A stretch of DNA of 64,000 nucleotides from Gracilinanus agilis (taxonomy: Eukaryota): the NCBI RefSeq assembly GCF_016433145.1, contig NC_058135.1, positions 91,342,699-91,406,698 of the forward strand, written 5' to 3'. Of this stretch, positions 12,478-26,816 are shown one piece after another. A program made the position numbers and the translations under genes. The notes beneath the pieces were generated by a model. It worked only from the letters and a program-made list of their open reading frames with translations. It had not been told where the DNA came from and did no database searches. Each line of letters starts with the position of its first letter. The first letter of the stretch is position 1.

Positions 12478-13814
12478 TCTTAGACAGTTATAGAATTCTA
12501 ACAGCAAAGGGCTTTTGATCAGATCTGGACAGTTCATGGGGTGAAATGTAATTTGTAAGCAAACTTTTACACTGTTTACACACACATACAAGACAAACAT
12601 TAGCAACACATGCTACAGCTTCATCCAAAAAGGAAAATGTGAAAAGGAAGAAATTTAAACTAAAATTCTGAAAAAAAAATGCACTAGACAATATGGAGGT
12701 GAGAAGTAAAAGGCTCTATCAAAATCCATGCCTTAATAAAGTTTGACTTTTCAAAGTCAAATTCTTCCCTAGTTCATCATTGATAAAGGATTAAAAGGGG
12801 GGGAGGGGAAGGGGGAGAGGAAGAAGTCATATCTATTCAAAGCAATTTCATGAACCCTACCTGAAACTGGCAGAATCTCAAGACAATGTGAACAAAGTAT
12901 TGAGAAGGGAAAAGAGATCCAATATGGACCAAAGTTATTTCTAACTAATGACCTTGGTCAAGTAAGAACTAAAATATACATATGAAAAATCTGGCTGCTC
13001 AATAAATGCTTTCAAATGTGTAATTTCAACTTGAAATAAGTTATGCACACACAAAGATCCAAGAGTCCTAGACAATGCATTCTACCAATAGCTTAAGTGT
13101 GCTATCCTCTTATTTCAAGAAGAAAAAGCTATTAGCTCTCAACTCTGGGTACCATAGAACAAAAGACTATAAAGCTTTCATCTAACTGCATCCTTTTTGG
13201 TTTTGATAATTATTAAGTACACTTGTAAAATGTATTTAGATTTTAGTTGCTCAAACACAAAACTGTCAAATATTATTTTTAAGTTATTCTTAAAAATTGA
13301 ATTGAACCAATATTCATTGGATTCAAGTCTTACCCAGTGTTCTAATTGATTTAACCTGAAGGTCTCGAAATAGAAGCTGCTTAGATATGGCTGTAAAGGG
13401 AACACTCTTGGTTCAGATTCAAAGTTGGGATGAAATGAGGCACTGGGGAATCACTGAACATATAACAAAGGAAGAAGTTTCATTTGCCCTATTATAGTAA
13501 GGATATTCAATAAGAGCATATTACAAAGATTACCACTGGCACTTGGAATCTCTGGATGCAGGCCCCTTTGTCTCTATTTGGAAATGCAATTGGAAAGTGC
13601 ACAGTGACTGCCAAAAACCAAGTTGAAGAGTCTTTATGGCTCGGGTATTGTTTTGTCCTTGCCCAGGAAGCTGCATCAGGGAAGCTAGAGTCAAATAGGC
13701 ATTGTGAGGGAAAGAAGCTTCATCAGGGAAGCTGCTAGGAAGAGCAGGTAAAACTGAAGTTGTGTGTAAAGAAAGCTTCAGTCAAGCTAAAGAGAATTGG
13801 ATCAAAAAACTGCT

Positions 13815-14767
13815 TCCCTAAGGGATATGAATAGGCAATTTTCAGATAAAGAAATCAGAACTATCAATAAACACATGAAAAAATGTTCTAAATATCTTAT
13901 AATTAGAGAAATGCACATCAAAACAACTCTGAGGTACCACCTAGCATGTTGGCTAACATGACATCAAAGGAAAGTAATGAATGTTGGAGGGGATGTGGCA
14001 AAATTGGGACTCTAATGCATTGCTGGTGGAGTTGTGAATTGATCCAACATTTGGAACTATGCTCAAAGGGCTTTAAAAGACTGCCTGCCTTTCGATCCAG
14101 CTATATCACTGCTGGGTTTATACCCCAAAGAGATAATAAGGGGAAAGACTTGTACAAAAATATTTATAGCCATGCTCTTTGTGGTGGCAAAAAATTGGAA
14201 AATGAGGGGATGTCCTTTGATTGGGGAATGGCTAAACAAGCTGTGGTATCTGTTGGTGACGGAATACTATTGTGCTCAAAAGAACAAAGAACTGGAGGAA
14301 TTCCATGTGAACTGGAAAGACCTCCAGGAATTGATGCAGAGTGAAAGGAGCAGAACCAGGAGAATATTGTACACAGAGACTGATACACTGTGGTACAATC
14401 AAATGTAATGGGCCTCTCTACTACCAGCAGCAATGCTATGATCCAGGACAATCCTGAGGGACTTATAACAAAGAAAACTATCCACATCCAGAGAAAGAAC
14501 TGTGGGAGTAGAAACTCAGAAGAAAAACAACTGCTTGATCACATGGGTCGATGGGGATATGACTGGGGATGTAGACTCTAAGCAATCACCCTAGTGCAAA
14601 TATCAATAATATGGAAATAGGTCTTGATCAGTGACACATGTAAAACCCAGTGGAATTGCTCATTGGCTACAGAAGGGGGGTGGGAGGAGAGGAGGGAAAG
14701 AACATAAATCATGTAACCATGGGAAAATATTCTAAATTAATTAATTAAATAAAATTTTTCAGATTAA
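13815..14767 (+). mobile_element. 5'-truncated L1 (ORF2 C-terminus plus 3' UTR)
   Basis: Cys-rich motif CWRGCGKIGTLMHCWW, frameshifted. 3' UTR ends in an A-rich tail. TSD aaaaaactgct at 13804-13814 and 14768-14778. Confidence 0.92.
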
Positions 14768-15149
14768 AAAAAACTGCTGCCCTATTGCAGAAACAAAGAA
14801 ACTTCTACAAAACCAGGGCTTTTTTCCCTCCTGAAAGCACAGAAATCTTAGAGCAAGAAAGAACCACTAATTTACAGCCAGAAGGGACTTTAGAAATATT
14901 TTTTTTCCAAATTGTTTATTTTTAAGTTGACATTTATTTTAAAGAAGACAAGACTGAGACCCAGAAATGTTATTTGACTCAGATCAGCACAAAAACTAAG
15001 TTGAAGAGTCAAGATTTGAACCCTGATGATGTCTTTTGACACCAGATGCAGTGATTTCCCACTATACCAGTTGCCTATCAAATTTAACACCATCATTCTA
15101 TAAGAAAACTGAAGTCACAGAAATTTTACATATTGTCATATAATAAAAA

Positions 15150-16600
15150 TAACAATATTGTCTAAATTAATGTATGTGTTCTTTGATATACCAATCACTC
15201 CAAAAAGAATAGTGCTAGAAAAATAATAATGAAATTCATATGGAGGAATAAAGATCAAGAGTTTTAAGGGTTGTGATTAAAAAAAAGTGAGGAAGAAAGA
15301 GGAAAGGGGGATGTCTGTACCTCAAATTATCTCAAAGCAGTAATCATTAAGGATTTGACACTATTAAGAGAGAGATGGAGCCAGAGGAGATGTTCTTCAT
15401 GGATTAGGTATACAACATACAGAAATTAACATAGTAGCATAAAGTTTAATAAACCCAAATACTCAGTTACTGAGGAAAAGAATGCTCTTTGGCAAAAAAC
15501 TTCTGCGACAAATAGAACAGCAGCCTGAAAGAAATTAGTTATCATGTTACCACCATCTCGATGCTGTGTACCAAGATAAATAAGCTCCAAATAAATGTGA
15601 CCTAGAAACAAAAGTTCCATCACAAACAAATTTGAAGAACAATGAAATTCCCTCTTAGATCTATTAAGAAATGTATTTATGACTGAATGAATGATACATA
15701 GGGTCACACGAGATAAAATGGGCAATTTTGTTTATGTAAAATCTAAAAGGTTTGACATGAAAAACACTAATATAGTAAAAATTAGGAGGGAAACGTTACT
15801 AAGAAAAACAAATTCTCCACAAAAATCTCATACCCAAGATATATAAGGAACTGATTAAAATTTATCAGACTAAGTGCCACTCTTAATTAGACAAAGGATC
15901 TGAACTGGCAATTTTCAGAGGAAGAAGTACAAGTCAACTATCATGTAAAAAAAATTATCTGTGTCTGAGAATTAGAGAACTGCAAATTAAAACAACTTTG
16001 AAGTTCTACCTCACATGTTTCAGACTAGCAAGAATGACAAAAAAGAAAAATGGCTGTTGGAGGGGCAGCAGTGGAGCTGTGAATTGGTCCAGTCATTCTG
16101 GAAAATAATTTAGATCTATGCCCATAAAGTTACTAAACTCTGCATACTTTTTATTCCAATTATACCTCTATGATATCTCTATCCCCAAAGAAATGAAAGA
16201 AAGATGGAAAGTGTATGTTCAACAATATTTGTAGTACCTTTTTTCTTGGTTAAAAAAAAAAAAAAGAAACTAAGAAGCTTTGGAGAATGGCTAAACAAAT
16301 CGTGTTAAAGGAAAAGTAAGTCCCTAGATACGTCTCTTATCACTGTCTGTCTCAGTTTTTTTTCAACTTTTAAATAGGGATAATAATAGGACCTACCTCC
16401 CAGAATTTCTGTGCAGATCAAATGGTGTTTGTAAAGTATTTACAAATCTTAAATATCTAAATAAATACTATTATGGAGATATGATTGTGCTATGAGAAAT
16501 TATAAAAAATACAATTTCAGAATAATCTAATACAGAGAGAAGTGAGCAAAACTAGGAGAAGAATAATACAGTGATAACGTAGAGAAAAATAGCCTTGAAG
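15150..16600 (+). mobile_element. Older, heavily decayed L1 ORF2 3' region with an embedded MIR fragment (~16330-16470)
   Basis: Recognisable decayed ORF2 text (aaattcatatggaggaataaagatcaaga; aaaacaactttgaagttctacctcac). Confidence 0.7.
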
Positions 16601-16876
16601 ATTTTAGTTAATCAGTCCATAAGCATTTATTTATGCCTATTTTGTGTCCAGCATTGTGCTAAGTGTGAAATACAAAGAAAAGCAAAAGAATGCCTGCTCT
16701 CAAGGAGCTCACAATCTAACAGGGGAGACCACATGCAAACAACTATGTAAAAATGAGATAAAAAACAAGATGAATTGGAGATAATTAATAGAGGAAAGAT
16801 ACTAGCATTAAGAAGGTTTGGGAAAGGCTTCTCATTGATAGTGGGATAATAATAATAATAATATAATAATATTTAC

Positions 16877-17017
16877 NNNNNNNNNNNNNNNNNNNNNNNN
16901 NNNNNNNNNNNNNNNNNNNNNNNNNNNNNNNNNNNNNNNNNNNNNNNNNNNNNNNNNNNNNNNNNNNNNNNNNNNNNNNNNNNNNNNNNNNNNNNNNNNN
17001 NNNNNNNNNNNNNNNNN
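16877..17017. other. Assembly gap (N run)
   Basis: 141 N, preceded by an (AAT)n tract. Confidence 1.
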
Positions 17018-17137
17018 CTTGACCAAGGTCACACAGCTAATAAGAGTCTGAGGCCAGATTTGAACTTAGGTCTTCCTGACTCCAGACCTAGTGCTATATT
17101 CACTGCCACCAAGCTGCCATCAAAACTGCAGAACTCT

Positions 17138-17345
17138 GGGGGACAGCTGGGGGGCTCAGTAGATTGAGAGTCAGGCCTAGAAACGGGAGGTGCTAAGTTA
17201 AAATCTGACCTCAGACACTTCCCTGCTGTGTGACCCTGGGCAAGTCATTTGACCCCCATTGCCTACCCTTACCACTCTTCTGCCTTGGAACCAATACACA
17301 ATATTGATTCCAAGATAGAAGGTAAGGGTTTTTTTTTAAAAAACA
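17138..17345 (+). mobile_element. SINE1_Mdo-type SINE
   Basis: Complete head, CORE and tail. TSD ctgcagaactct on both sides. Confidence 0.92.
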
Positions 17346-17787
17346 AAAATCTGCAGAACTCTGACAACCACAATAATAAATCATGAATTCAAAAGAATGT
17401 GGTTGAGACATGTCATTCACCTTCAGACAGAGAGGTGATCAACTTAAGATGCAAGAGGAAATATACATTTTCTGATATGGCTAATGTGAGTATTTGTTTT
17501 GTCAGCTCTGGATTGAGTAATTTCAGTTTGGGCATTTATTTTTAATTTGTTTAATTATGGGAGAGAATGATGGGTGGAACAGACTAATTTTTTTTAAAAA
17601 TATACTTAAAAAAACACGTATGGACTGTGAGAAGCCAGGTTTAAACCTAGATCTTCTGACCCAACAATGCAATCGTTTTCAATATTAACACAATTTTCAT
17701 AGAATTGACTTGCATAGATTCTGAGAATCTTTTTTGGATTTGATCATTTATTTGCCTGGAGACCTTTCTGTCTGTGGAAAAATTGGA

Positions 17788-18128
17788 ATAGATAGATGAT
17801 AGATCGATAGATATGATAGACAGATGCACACATAAGTGCATACATACCTACCTACATGGATGGGTGGATAGATGATGGATGGATGGGTGTTGGGCAGGTG
17901 GATGGATAGATAGATGAATAAATGAATAGATGAATGGANNNNNNNNNNNNNNNNNNNNNNNNNNNNNNNNNNNNNNNNNNNNNNNNNNNNNNNNNNNNNN
18001 NNNNNNNNNNNNNNNNNNNNNNNNNNNNNNNNNNNNNNNNNNNNNNNNNNNNNNNNNNNNNNNNNNNNNNNNNNNNNNNNNNNNNNNNNNNNNNNNNNNN
18101 NNNNNNNNNATACATAGATGTATAGATG

Positions 18129-18193
<65 letters not shown>
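17788..18193. repeat. Compound (GGAT)n/(GATA)n microsatellite spanning gap 17939-18109
   Basis: Direct reading; a long perfect (GATA)n run follows the gap. Confidence 0.95.
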
Positions 18194-18203
<10 letters not shown>

Positions 18204-19989
18204 TTACAGTGGATAGTAACATTGCCTACTTCACAGAGTTGTGGAGTTCAAATGAGAAGATACATGTAAAGTATGATGCAAGCCTTAAAGCACCATACAA
18301 ATGTTAGTTATCGTTATCATAAGTGTGGACTATGAATTCCATTAACTTTTGGTTCTAAACTATCAAAGACGGGCCTATGTCAGGGCCATCTATGATACCA
18401 TTCCATGTATAGCTAGGTCAAATTGTTGGGAAATTTTACTTGATATATGGGGTGCTTCAAATCCACTCCCACTCTTACTACCAAGTTGAGTTCCCAGAGA
18501 AAAATTGTATTAAATTGTATTATGCTCTAACAAATCTAAAGGTCCCCTGAGGGGTCAAGATGATTCTGGAAGACCTAGAAACAACACTGACACATGCTCT
18601 GAAGGCCACATGGTAACAGCATTAGCAGAGTATATTGCATATGCTCATTAAGATTGGGTTCTTCGGCCAGTCCTCTGTTAGAGCTATACAAATTAAATTT
18701 GTTCTTTTTGTCAAAAACAAGCAAAAATACAAGCAGATTAAGATTTGGGTCAACAATAATGTGGTACATCAGGATAGGGTGACCAATTATCTCTATTTAC
18801 TCATGTTTACCAGAGAAATTAAGCTCTAGAGATTGACTAATTTCTGTCTTAGAATTCTGTAATGCCTGGTAAATAGTAGTCACATTACTTTCTTGCTCTT
18901 TGATTAATCATATTTATTTAACTCATTTCTTTTTTAAAGTTAAATTTATTTATTTGTTACAATAAAGTTCTCAGGTATCTCCCTTCCTCCCCTCCCCCTC
19001 CCCACACTAGAAAAGTCATCATTTAACATTCTCTCTCTTTCTCTCTCCATACACATATATATACATATGTATATATTCACACACATATAAATAATATATT
19101 ATGTATGTGTGTGTGTGGATTATAGAAACAAGCAAGATTTAATTTTATAACCCCATGTCTTAAATGTTTTTAGAATATGAAGAATTTGTCATTTTACATT
19201 AAGACTCAAGAAATGGTTATCTGCAAGCTTAGGCAGAACTTTCCCAGCACTCTCCTCCTTTACCTTCTGGGATAATGCTGCTTAGACCTTGAGGATAATA
19301 AGCAAGAAAATAAGTAGGTATCTGGAGACTGAAGCAAAGTGTGAGAGAAGTGGAAATGCAGAAATGTCGTGGAATGAGGAAGGATGATTTCAAGTCACTT
19401 CTTAAATTAGAGTGGAGTAGTCTGCACAGGGATAAACTATGCTGAAGTCAGAAGCAATTGACCTTTTCTTCTTTCTCTTTCCCTTTGTTATAGGCAAGTA
19501 TAAGATAAGACATAAAGATAGATAGAAAGGAATATAGCAATGCACAGACAGCAAGACACAAGAGTTGTGTTGGAAGAGATGGACATTCTGAGTAGAATCC
19601 AAAGTGAGCTGTAGTGATTGGGAGTCTGAACTGCCAAGAGCAAGGAGTAAGGTGCTTAGCAACTTGGATCCAGTTAGCTGTTTTGTATCCAGTCTTTGGA
19701 GATCTTGGGGAAACATCTAGCAAGTGTCAAGACTGAGGGAAGGGCAGGTGACTGTGATTGGGTATAACACAAAAAGTTTGACTTATATGATAGGTCGTTT
19801 ATTCAATGAAGAGAACTTCTGAGCTTCCCTTGGTGGTTAGGAGGGTCTTTATCTTTGTCTTTAAATTTTATTTTGTTTCTTATATAGCAAATATAATAAA
19901 TCTAGATTTCAACAGAATTGTTAACTATGCATTAACTAGTGTTTGGATGAAGAGCTGAGAAAGATGATTGGGGAAAAAATGAAAGACAG

Positions 19990-20456
19990 AAGCCAAAATT
20001 AAGGTTGCCAGGGGAAATATCAGCTATCTCAGAAGATGCAGATAATAAGACAGATATGGCAGAAAGTGAGGAAGCTTTTTGATAGAGTACAAGAGAATCT
20101 AAAAGCTAACTTGAAGCTTAACATCAAAAATACTAAATCATTGGCAATCGGTCCTATCACTTACTGGCAAATAGAGAGAGAAGAATAGAAACTGTGTCAG
20201 ATTTTATATCTTTGGGCTCAAAGATCTCTGTAAATGATGATTACAGCCAGAAAGTTAAAAGACGCCCCTTGGAAAGTCCACTATGGCAAATGTGGGCAAT
20301 ATATTAAAAAGCAAGAGACATCACCTGGCTGACAATGGTCCATATGGTCAAAGGTATGGTTTTTCCAGTAGTGATACATGTTTGGGAGAGTTGAACTATA
20401 GGAAAGCTGATCACTGCAAAGTCAACATTTTTGAACTGTGATGCTGGAGAAGACTT
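19990..20456 (+). mobile_element. RTE (BovB-like) LINE, piece 1 (RT region)
   Basis: Decayed RTE RT text corresponding to NI..LRYAD, KLNI.KTK, DFI.LGSKI, MVFPVV..., FELWCWRR. Confidence 0.88.
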
Positions 20457-23017
20457 AAAAAAATTTTTATTCAGAATATTTTTCCATGGTTACATGATTT
20501 ATGATCCTCCCATCCCCACTTTCTCCTCCCCCACACCCAAAGCCAACAAGCAGTTGGGTTATACATGTATCATTGTTCAAAACCTATTTCCATGTTATTC
20601 ATATTTGCAGTAGCGAGATCCTTTAACATCAAAACCCTAATCACATCCCTATTGCACTACGTGATTGAGCATATATTTTCCTAATGCATTTTTGGTTCCA
20701 CAGTTCTTACTCTGGATGAGGACAGCATTTTTCTCACAAGTTCCTCTGAATTGTCTGGGTCATTGCATTGCTGCTGGTAGAAATCCATTACATGCGATTT
20801 TACCACAGTGTATCAGTTTCTGTGTATAATGTTCTTCTGGTTCTGCTCCTTTTACTCTGCATCAATTCCTGGAGGTCCTTCCAGTTCACATGGAATTCCT
20901 CCAGTTCATTATTCCTTTCAGTATAATAGTATTCCATCACCAACACATACCACAATTTATTCAGTCATTCCCCAATTGATGGACATTTTTAAATTCCTTC
21001 ATTTTCCAGTTTTCTGTTACCACAAAGAGCACAGGTATGAATATTTTTATACAAGTCTTTTTCCTTATTATCTCTTTGGGGTACAAACCCAGCAGTGGTA
21101 TGGCTGGATCAAAGGGCAGGAGGTCTTTTAAAGCCCTTTGAACATAGTTCCAAATTGTCCTCCAGAATGGTTGGATCAATTTACAACTCCACCAGCAGTA
21201 TATTAGTGTTCCAATTTTGCCACATCCCCTCCAAAATTTATTGCTTTCCTTTGCTGTCACATCGGCCAGTCTGCTAGGTGTAAGGTGGTACCTCAGAGTT
21301 GTTTTAATTTGCATTTCTCTAATATGGAGGGATATAGAATGCTTTTTCATGTGCTTATTGATAGTTTTGATTTCATCATGTCAAAACTGTCTATTCATGT
21401 CCCTTGACCATTTGTCGATTGGGGAATGCCTTGATTTTTTGTAAATTTGACTTAGTTCCTTATATATTTGGGAAATTAAACCATTGTCAGAGAGTTTTGT
21501 TATAAAAATGTCCTCACAATTTGTTGCTTGCCTTTTAATTTTGGTTGCATTGATTTTGTTTGTACAAAACCTTTTTAATTTGATATAATCAAAGTCATTC
21601 ATTTTACATTTTGCAATGTTCTCTATCTCTTGCTTGGTCTTAAATTCCTTCCTCTCCCACAGATCTGACAGGTATACTAATTTATGTTCACCTAATTTAT
21701 TTATGATTTCACTCTTTATATTTAAGTCATTTACCCATTTTGAATTTATCTTGGTATAGGGTGTAAGATGTTGATCTAAACCTAATTTTCCTCATCCTGT
21801 TTTCCAATTTTCCCAGCAATTTTTGTCAAATAGTGAGTTCTTGTCCCAAAAGCTGGAGTATTTGGCTTTATCAAACACTAACTTATCAAGGTCATTTACC
21901 CCTAGTCTATTCCATTGATCCTCCCTTCTGTCTCTTAGCCAGTACAATATTGTTTTGTTGACTACTGCTTTATAGAACAGCTTAAGACCTGGTACTGCTA
22001 GGCCCCCATCCTTCACATTTTTTTTCATTATTTCCTTTGATATTCTTGATCTTTTGTTGCCTCGGATGAACTCTATTATAATTTTTTCTAATTCAATGAA
22101 AAAGTTTTTTGGTAGTTTGATAGGTATGGCACTGAATAAGTAGATTAATTTGGGTAGGATTGTCATTTTTATTATATTCGTTCATCCTACCCAGGAGCAG
22201 TTAATGTTTATCCAATTGTTTATATCTTAATTGTGTGAAAGGTGTTTTGTAGTTGTGTTGATATAATTCCTATGTTTGTTTTGGCAAATAGATTTCTTAA
22301 TATTTTATATTGTCTAGAGTGATTTTAAATGGAGTTTCGCTTTCTAACTCCTGGTGCTGAGTTTTGTTGGAAATATATAGAAATGCTGATGATTTATTGG
22401 GTTTATTTTGTACCCTGAAACTTTACTAAAGTTGCTAATTATTTCCACTAGTCTTTTATTTGATTTTCTGGGATCATATGATCTGCAAAAGAGTGATAGT
22501 TTAGTCTCCTCACTCCCTACTTTAATCCCTTCAATTTCTTTTTCTTCTCTAATTGCTACTTCTAGCATTTCTAGTGCAATATTGAATAAAAGAGGTGATA
22601 ATCGGCATCCTTGCTTCACTCTTGATCTTATTGGAATTTATTTATTATTATTTTTATTATTTATTTATTATTTATTATTATTGGGATTTGTAGATTTGTA
22701 GATGATACTTGCTGATGGTTTTTAATATAAACTGTTTATTGTTTTGAGGAATGACCCTTCTATTCCTATACTTTCTAGCGTTTTTAATAGGAATGGGGGT
22801 TGTATTTTGCCAAAGACTTTTTCTGCATCTGTTGAGATAATTATGTGGTTTCTGTTGGTTTGATTATTGATGTGGTCAATTATGTGGATGGTTTTCCTAA
22901 TATTAAACCATCCTTGCATTCCTTGTATAAATCCTACCTGATCATAGTGAATAATCCTCATGATCACTTGCTGGAGTCTTTTTGCTAGTATTCTATTTAA
23001 AATTTTTGCATCTATAT

Positions 23018-23855
23018 TGTAACCATTACTACAAGAGAAAAGCAAAAGGGGGTTCACATTTGGAACCCAAGAAACTGAAAGGCAGTTGGGGGCAGTTAGG
23101 ATTGCACTATATAAGGGGATGAACCCCAGGCAAAGGTAACTCAGTCCTGAGTTTGGGTCAAAGGGTGGTGGGAGGTCTGGGTAGGACTCTCCATTGAACC
23201 CTAGCTGATCCATACCAGGAGCACCATTGCCTATTCCTGCTGTGCTGATCCTATCTGCTTTAGTCAGTCCCTATATTAGCCTGATCTTTGCCACAGTTAT
23301 AAATCTAATTAACTGAAACCAAGATTAAACATCATCAAATCACTTCAGAAGATCTTCAATCAGTATTTTAAATCATCCTGCTAACCTTGTTCATTTATTT
23401 ATTAGTTTAATACTTGAGGCAGAAGTTAGAAAGAGAGAGGATTACTGTCAAGAGGCCTAGCCCTGTTGGGGGTAAAGCCAGTCTCTAGTCCATCTTGATT
23501 AGTTATCAGAGATTCTCTCATCCCTCTTACCCAACCTTTCAATCCTATACCCAATATGCCTTCCCTGCATATACCTTGCCTGACTATACCTTCCCTGATT
23601 AATTAAAAGAAGTTACTCTACTGTTTCAATAGCCTTTGGATTATACAGTTGAAAAATCCATAACATCTCTTACCCTTGATAAAAATCCTTTTTTCACATC
23701 AAAGACTGACAATTGGTGGTGGGAATCTTCATTATTGGGAATCCTGTTTAATTCCTTATATAGGCTTATCAGGGAATCACACCCTGATTGCTAGTAACAT
23801 CCTTTCTGGTGGAAGAACACCTTCTCTCAATCAAATCATCAGGTTGAGAGAGATT
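23018..23855 (+). mobile_element. LTR-like insert in L1 ORF2, apparently truncated at its right end
   Basis: L1 text breaks at tctatat|tgtaacc (TG start). TATA-like ctatataagggg at ~23109. No terminal CA or TSD found; the right junction joins L1 sequence just downstream of ORF1. Confidence 0.65.
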
Positions 23856-25263
23856 ATATACATCATACTATCATAATCAACTTACTTTTCCATCCTCTTT
23901 CTGAGTAAATTCCTTCTATCTTCTCTACTACTGAGAGTAATTTTTGAGAATTATAGAAATCCTCTTTCCATGTAGACATAGGAACATTTTTACCTTAATG
24001 AGTCCTTTAAATTTTCTCTTTCTTATTTACCTTTCTGGGCTTCCCTTGTGACTCATATTTGACCTTCAATTTTTTTTGTTTAGGTCTGGCTTATTCCTTG
24101 GGAATACTTGGAAATCTTCTATCTTATTGAATGAACATTTTTCCCCCTGAAAGAGTATACTCAGTTTTGCTGTATAGGTGTAAACCCAAATCTTTTACCT
24201 TTCTGAATATCATATTCCATGCCTTCCAGTCCTTTAATGGAGAAGTCACTAGGTCCTGAGTGATCCTAATTGTAGCTTCATGGTATTTGAATGGTTTCTT
24301 TCTGGCTGTTTGAAGTATTTTTTCCTTGGATTGGTGGCTCTTTAATTATATTCCTGGAAGTTGTCAATTTAGGATTTCTTTCTGGAGGCTATCTGTGAAT
24401 TCTTTCAATTTCAATTTTATTTTCTTGTTCAAGGATTTCTGGACAGTAATCCAATAATTCTCAGATTTTCTCTTCTAGACCTGTTTTCTAGGTTAGTGGT
24501 TTTTTCAAAAAGCTATCTGATGTTTTCCTCTGTTTTTTCATTCCTTTGATTCTGCTTTATTGTTTCTTGGTTTTAGTTTCTAGATATTTAATTCTGATTT
24601 TTAAGAACTGGTTTTTCTCTGTCAATTTTGGTTCTCCTTTTGCAATTGGCCCATTTCTTCTTACATCATGTTCATTTCTCTTCCTCACTTTTCCTCTACC
24701 TCTAATAATTGATTTTTGAAGTCTCTTTTGAGCTCTTCCAGAATTTGTGTCCAATCTATATTTTTCTTTTGGACTTTGGGTATGTTTCCTTTGCTTTTGC
24801 TGTCCCCTCCTGTGTCTGCACCTTGCTCTTTGTCTCCCTAAAAAGTTTTTAGAGTTAGGTTTTTTTTAATTGTTTGCTGTTTTCTGGGGAGTTGAGAAAC
24901 CCTCTTAAACTTCAGTCCTTCCTTGATGTTATTTTTGGCTTATTTTCTGGATTGTTACTAATTTACCAGATGGTCTGAGGGCTGAGAGCTCTGAGAGTCC
25001 CCTCCCCCTGTTGATTCAATTGACTCTTGAGATGCTGATAGCTTAAAGACTTTCCTCAGGCTTGAGTCTAAGTTTTTTATCTCAGCCTGAACTTGATCAG
25101 GTCAGGTACTGATCAGATTCTTGCCCCAGGCTTAGGATCATGGTTTTGGTCTCAAGGTGTTCTTGATTCAATCAAGGCACTCCTTTGATTGCCCTGTCCT
25201 GGAGCTCCACCCTTAGTTTTGGGCAAAAAGATCCCAGGGAGCCTCCCCCTGAGAACTGTATCC

Positions 25264-26211
25264 TGTAAATACTTTTGCAGGAAGCCATGTTGGGCAAGCA
25301 TGAGTGCCAATTACTTGGTTGGAACACAAAATGCAGTGAGGGCATTTTGAGCTGGCATGAAACCAAAAAATCAGTTGAGATTCGACTATAAAAGCAGCAA
25401 AGATCAGTACATCAGTCTCTCATTCTGGAGATACTGGTGGGAGGTCAGGTCATCTCAGGATTGTATCATAGCTAGGGTTAGGTGCCTAAGCTACTGACAG
25501 ATTATTATGTGCATACCAACATCCAGCATCAGTATTAAACAACATCTATAAATTCAACACCAACATACCAGCATAAATACTAGCCAGAAGATCAACTACA
25601 AAAGCCAAATCATCGTGGACTAAGAAAAACCTTCAAGCTTTGGGGTCAGGTCATTGGCCTGGCCAGACAACTGGCCAAGCAGGCTTCAAGAGATCAGCTG
25701 CTTTATAATCAACATATTTAGTTAAAGGTATAGGATCCTCCTTAATCCCCCTCTCCTTCACAGTTTACCCCAATCCTTTCCTTTACCTTATCTGTTACTA
25801 TTAAATAGTTGTTATAAGAAAACCATCACAGACCTAGTTATTCTCAGGGTTCCCAGAAGTTGTCAGTTAGGGATCTACCTGGCAACTGGTGAAGGTAACT
25901 TCACAATCATTGATCTTCTGAGTGAATCCATCAAATCACAGTCAGAGATAGAGATCAAGAATTATCATCCTTGAAGTTATTATTCAATTGGATTACTAAT
26001 TGAGAGAAACAATCACTCCCTCATTAGTTAATGACAATAGGTGCGAACCAGTGAACTGCTCATTAATATTAGCAGATTTCATACAGTTTTCAGGCAGCAG
26101 CAATTCACAGAAGCAGCCTCTAAATAAACCTATCTTGGCATTCATCAATACCTCCCATCGTTTCCCACCTCCATCTGTAGGATTCCTGGGGGCTGTATAA
26201 CCATCTTTACA
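25264..26211 (+). mobile_element. Solo LTR (ERV1-like, 948 bp) in the L1 5' UTR
   Basis: tgtaaa...tttaca termini. 4-bp TSD atcc at 25260-25263 and 26212-26215. TATA-like ctataaaa at ~25386, AATAAA at 26123. Confidence 0.85.
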
Positions 26212-26745
26212 ATCCTTATCCCAAACCATGGACTATGTTCTCACCCCAAGTCCAGACTGGGATTCCTGGCTTCACTTTGGGCCCACATGGACTGGCCCCC
26301 TTCAGCCCAGATTGTCTTGGGCTGGGACTCCATACTTCTTCACAGGTTGTAATTTCAAGGGGTGTTAGTTGGCTTGGACCACTAATTGCCTGGCAGGACT
26401 CAGGGTCTGACTTAGCTTGGGCTTAAGTTCAGAACCTGTGAGAACAGATGTGTGGGGCAGTGGGGTGTGTAGTTTACTCTTGGCTTGCTCTTCATTGCTG
26501 CTATGCCTCCTACCAGCTCGTCTCCCCTCTCATCTTAGTTCCCCAGATGATCTCTGCCTACCTTTTGGGTTTTTCTTTTTTGAAGGTTGTTTCCTTCTGT
26601 CTCTTTGTTGGTCCTTTCACTCCTGTATTCGTTTTGTGGCAATATTTTACTTTTGGTTGGAGAGGATTTTCACTGGTGAAACAGCAAGCTACTGCCCTAG
26701 TTACTCCTCCATCTTGGCTCAACTCCCAGAAGTTGGAGAAGACTT

Positions 26746-26816
26746 TTGAGAGTCCTTTGGACAGCAAGAAGATCAAATCAGTCAAAATCAAAGAAGTTAA
26801 TTCAGACTATTCATTG
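26746..26816 (+). mobile_element. RTE LINE, piece 2
   Basis: Resumes exactly after the L1 TSD (ttgagagtcctttggacagcaagaagatcaaatcagtc). Confidence 0.85.

Larger units (their letters stand above)
20457..26733 (-). mobile_element. Originally full-length L1 (5' UTR, ORF1 relic ~24000-24880, ORF2 3' part ~20960-23017, 3' UTR), internally deleted and carrying two LTR insertions
   Basis: 12-bp TSD tggagaagactt at 20445-20456 and 26734-26745. L1 5' end (gagccaagatggaggagt on minus). ORF2 motifs [50 protein letters not shown]1 motif IRITQDL. Confidence 0.93.

Noticed and set aside
13392-13800. Possible LTR left of the L1 at 13815 (repeated catcagggaagct)
   Set aside because: Termini and TSD could not be defined, so the evidence is too weak to list as a feature.
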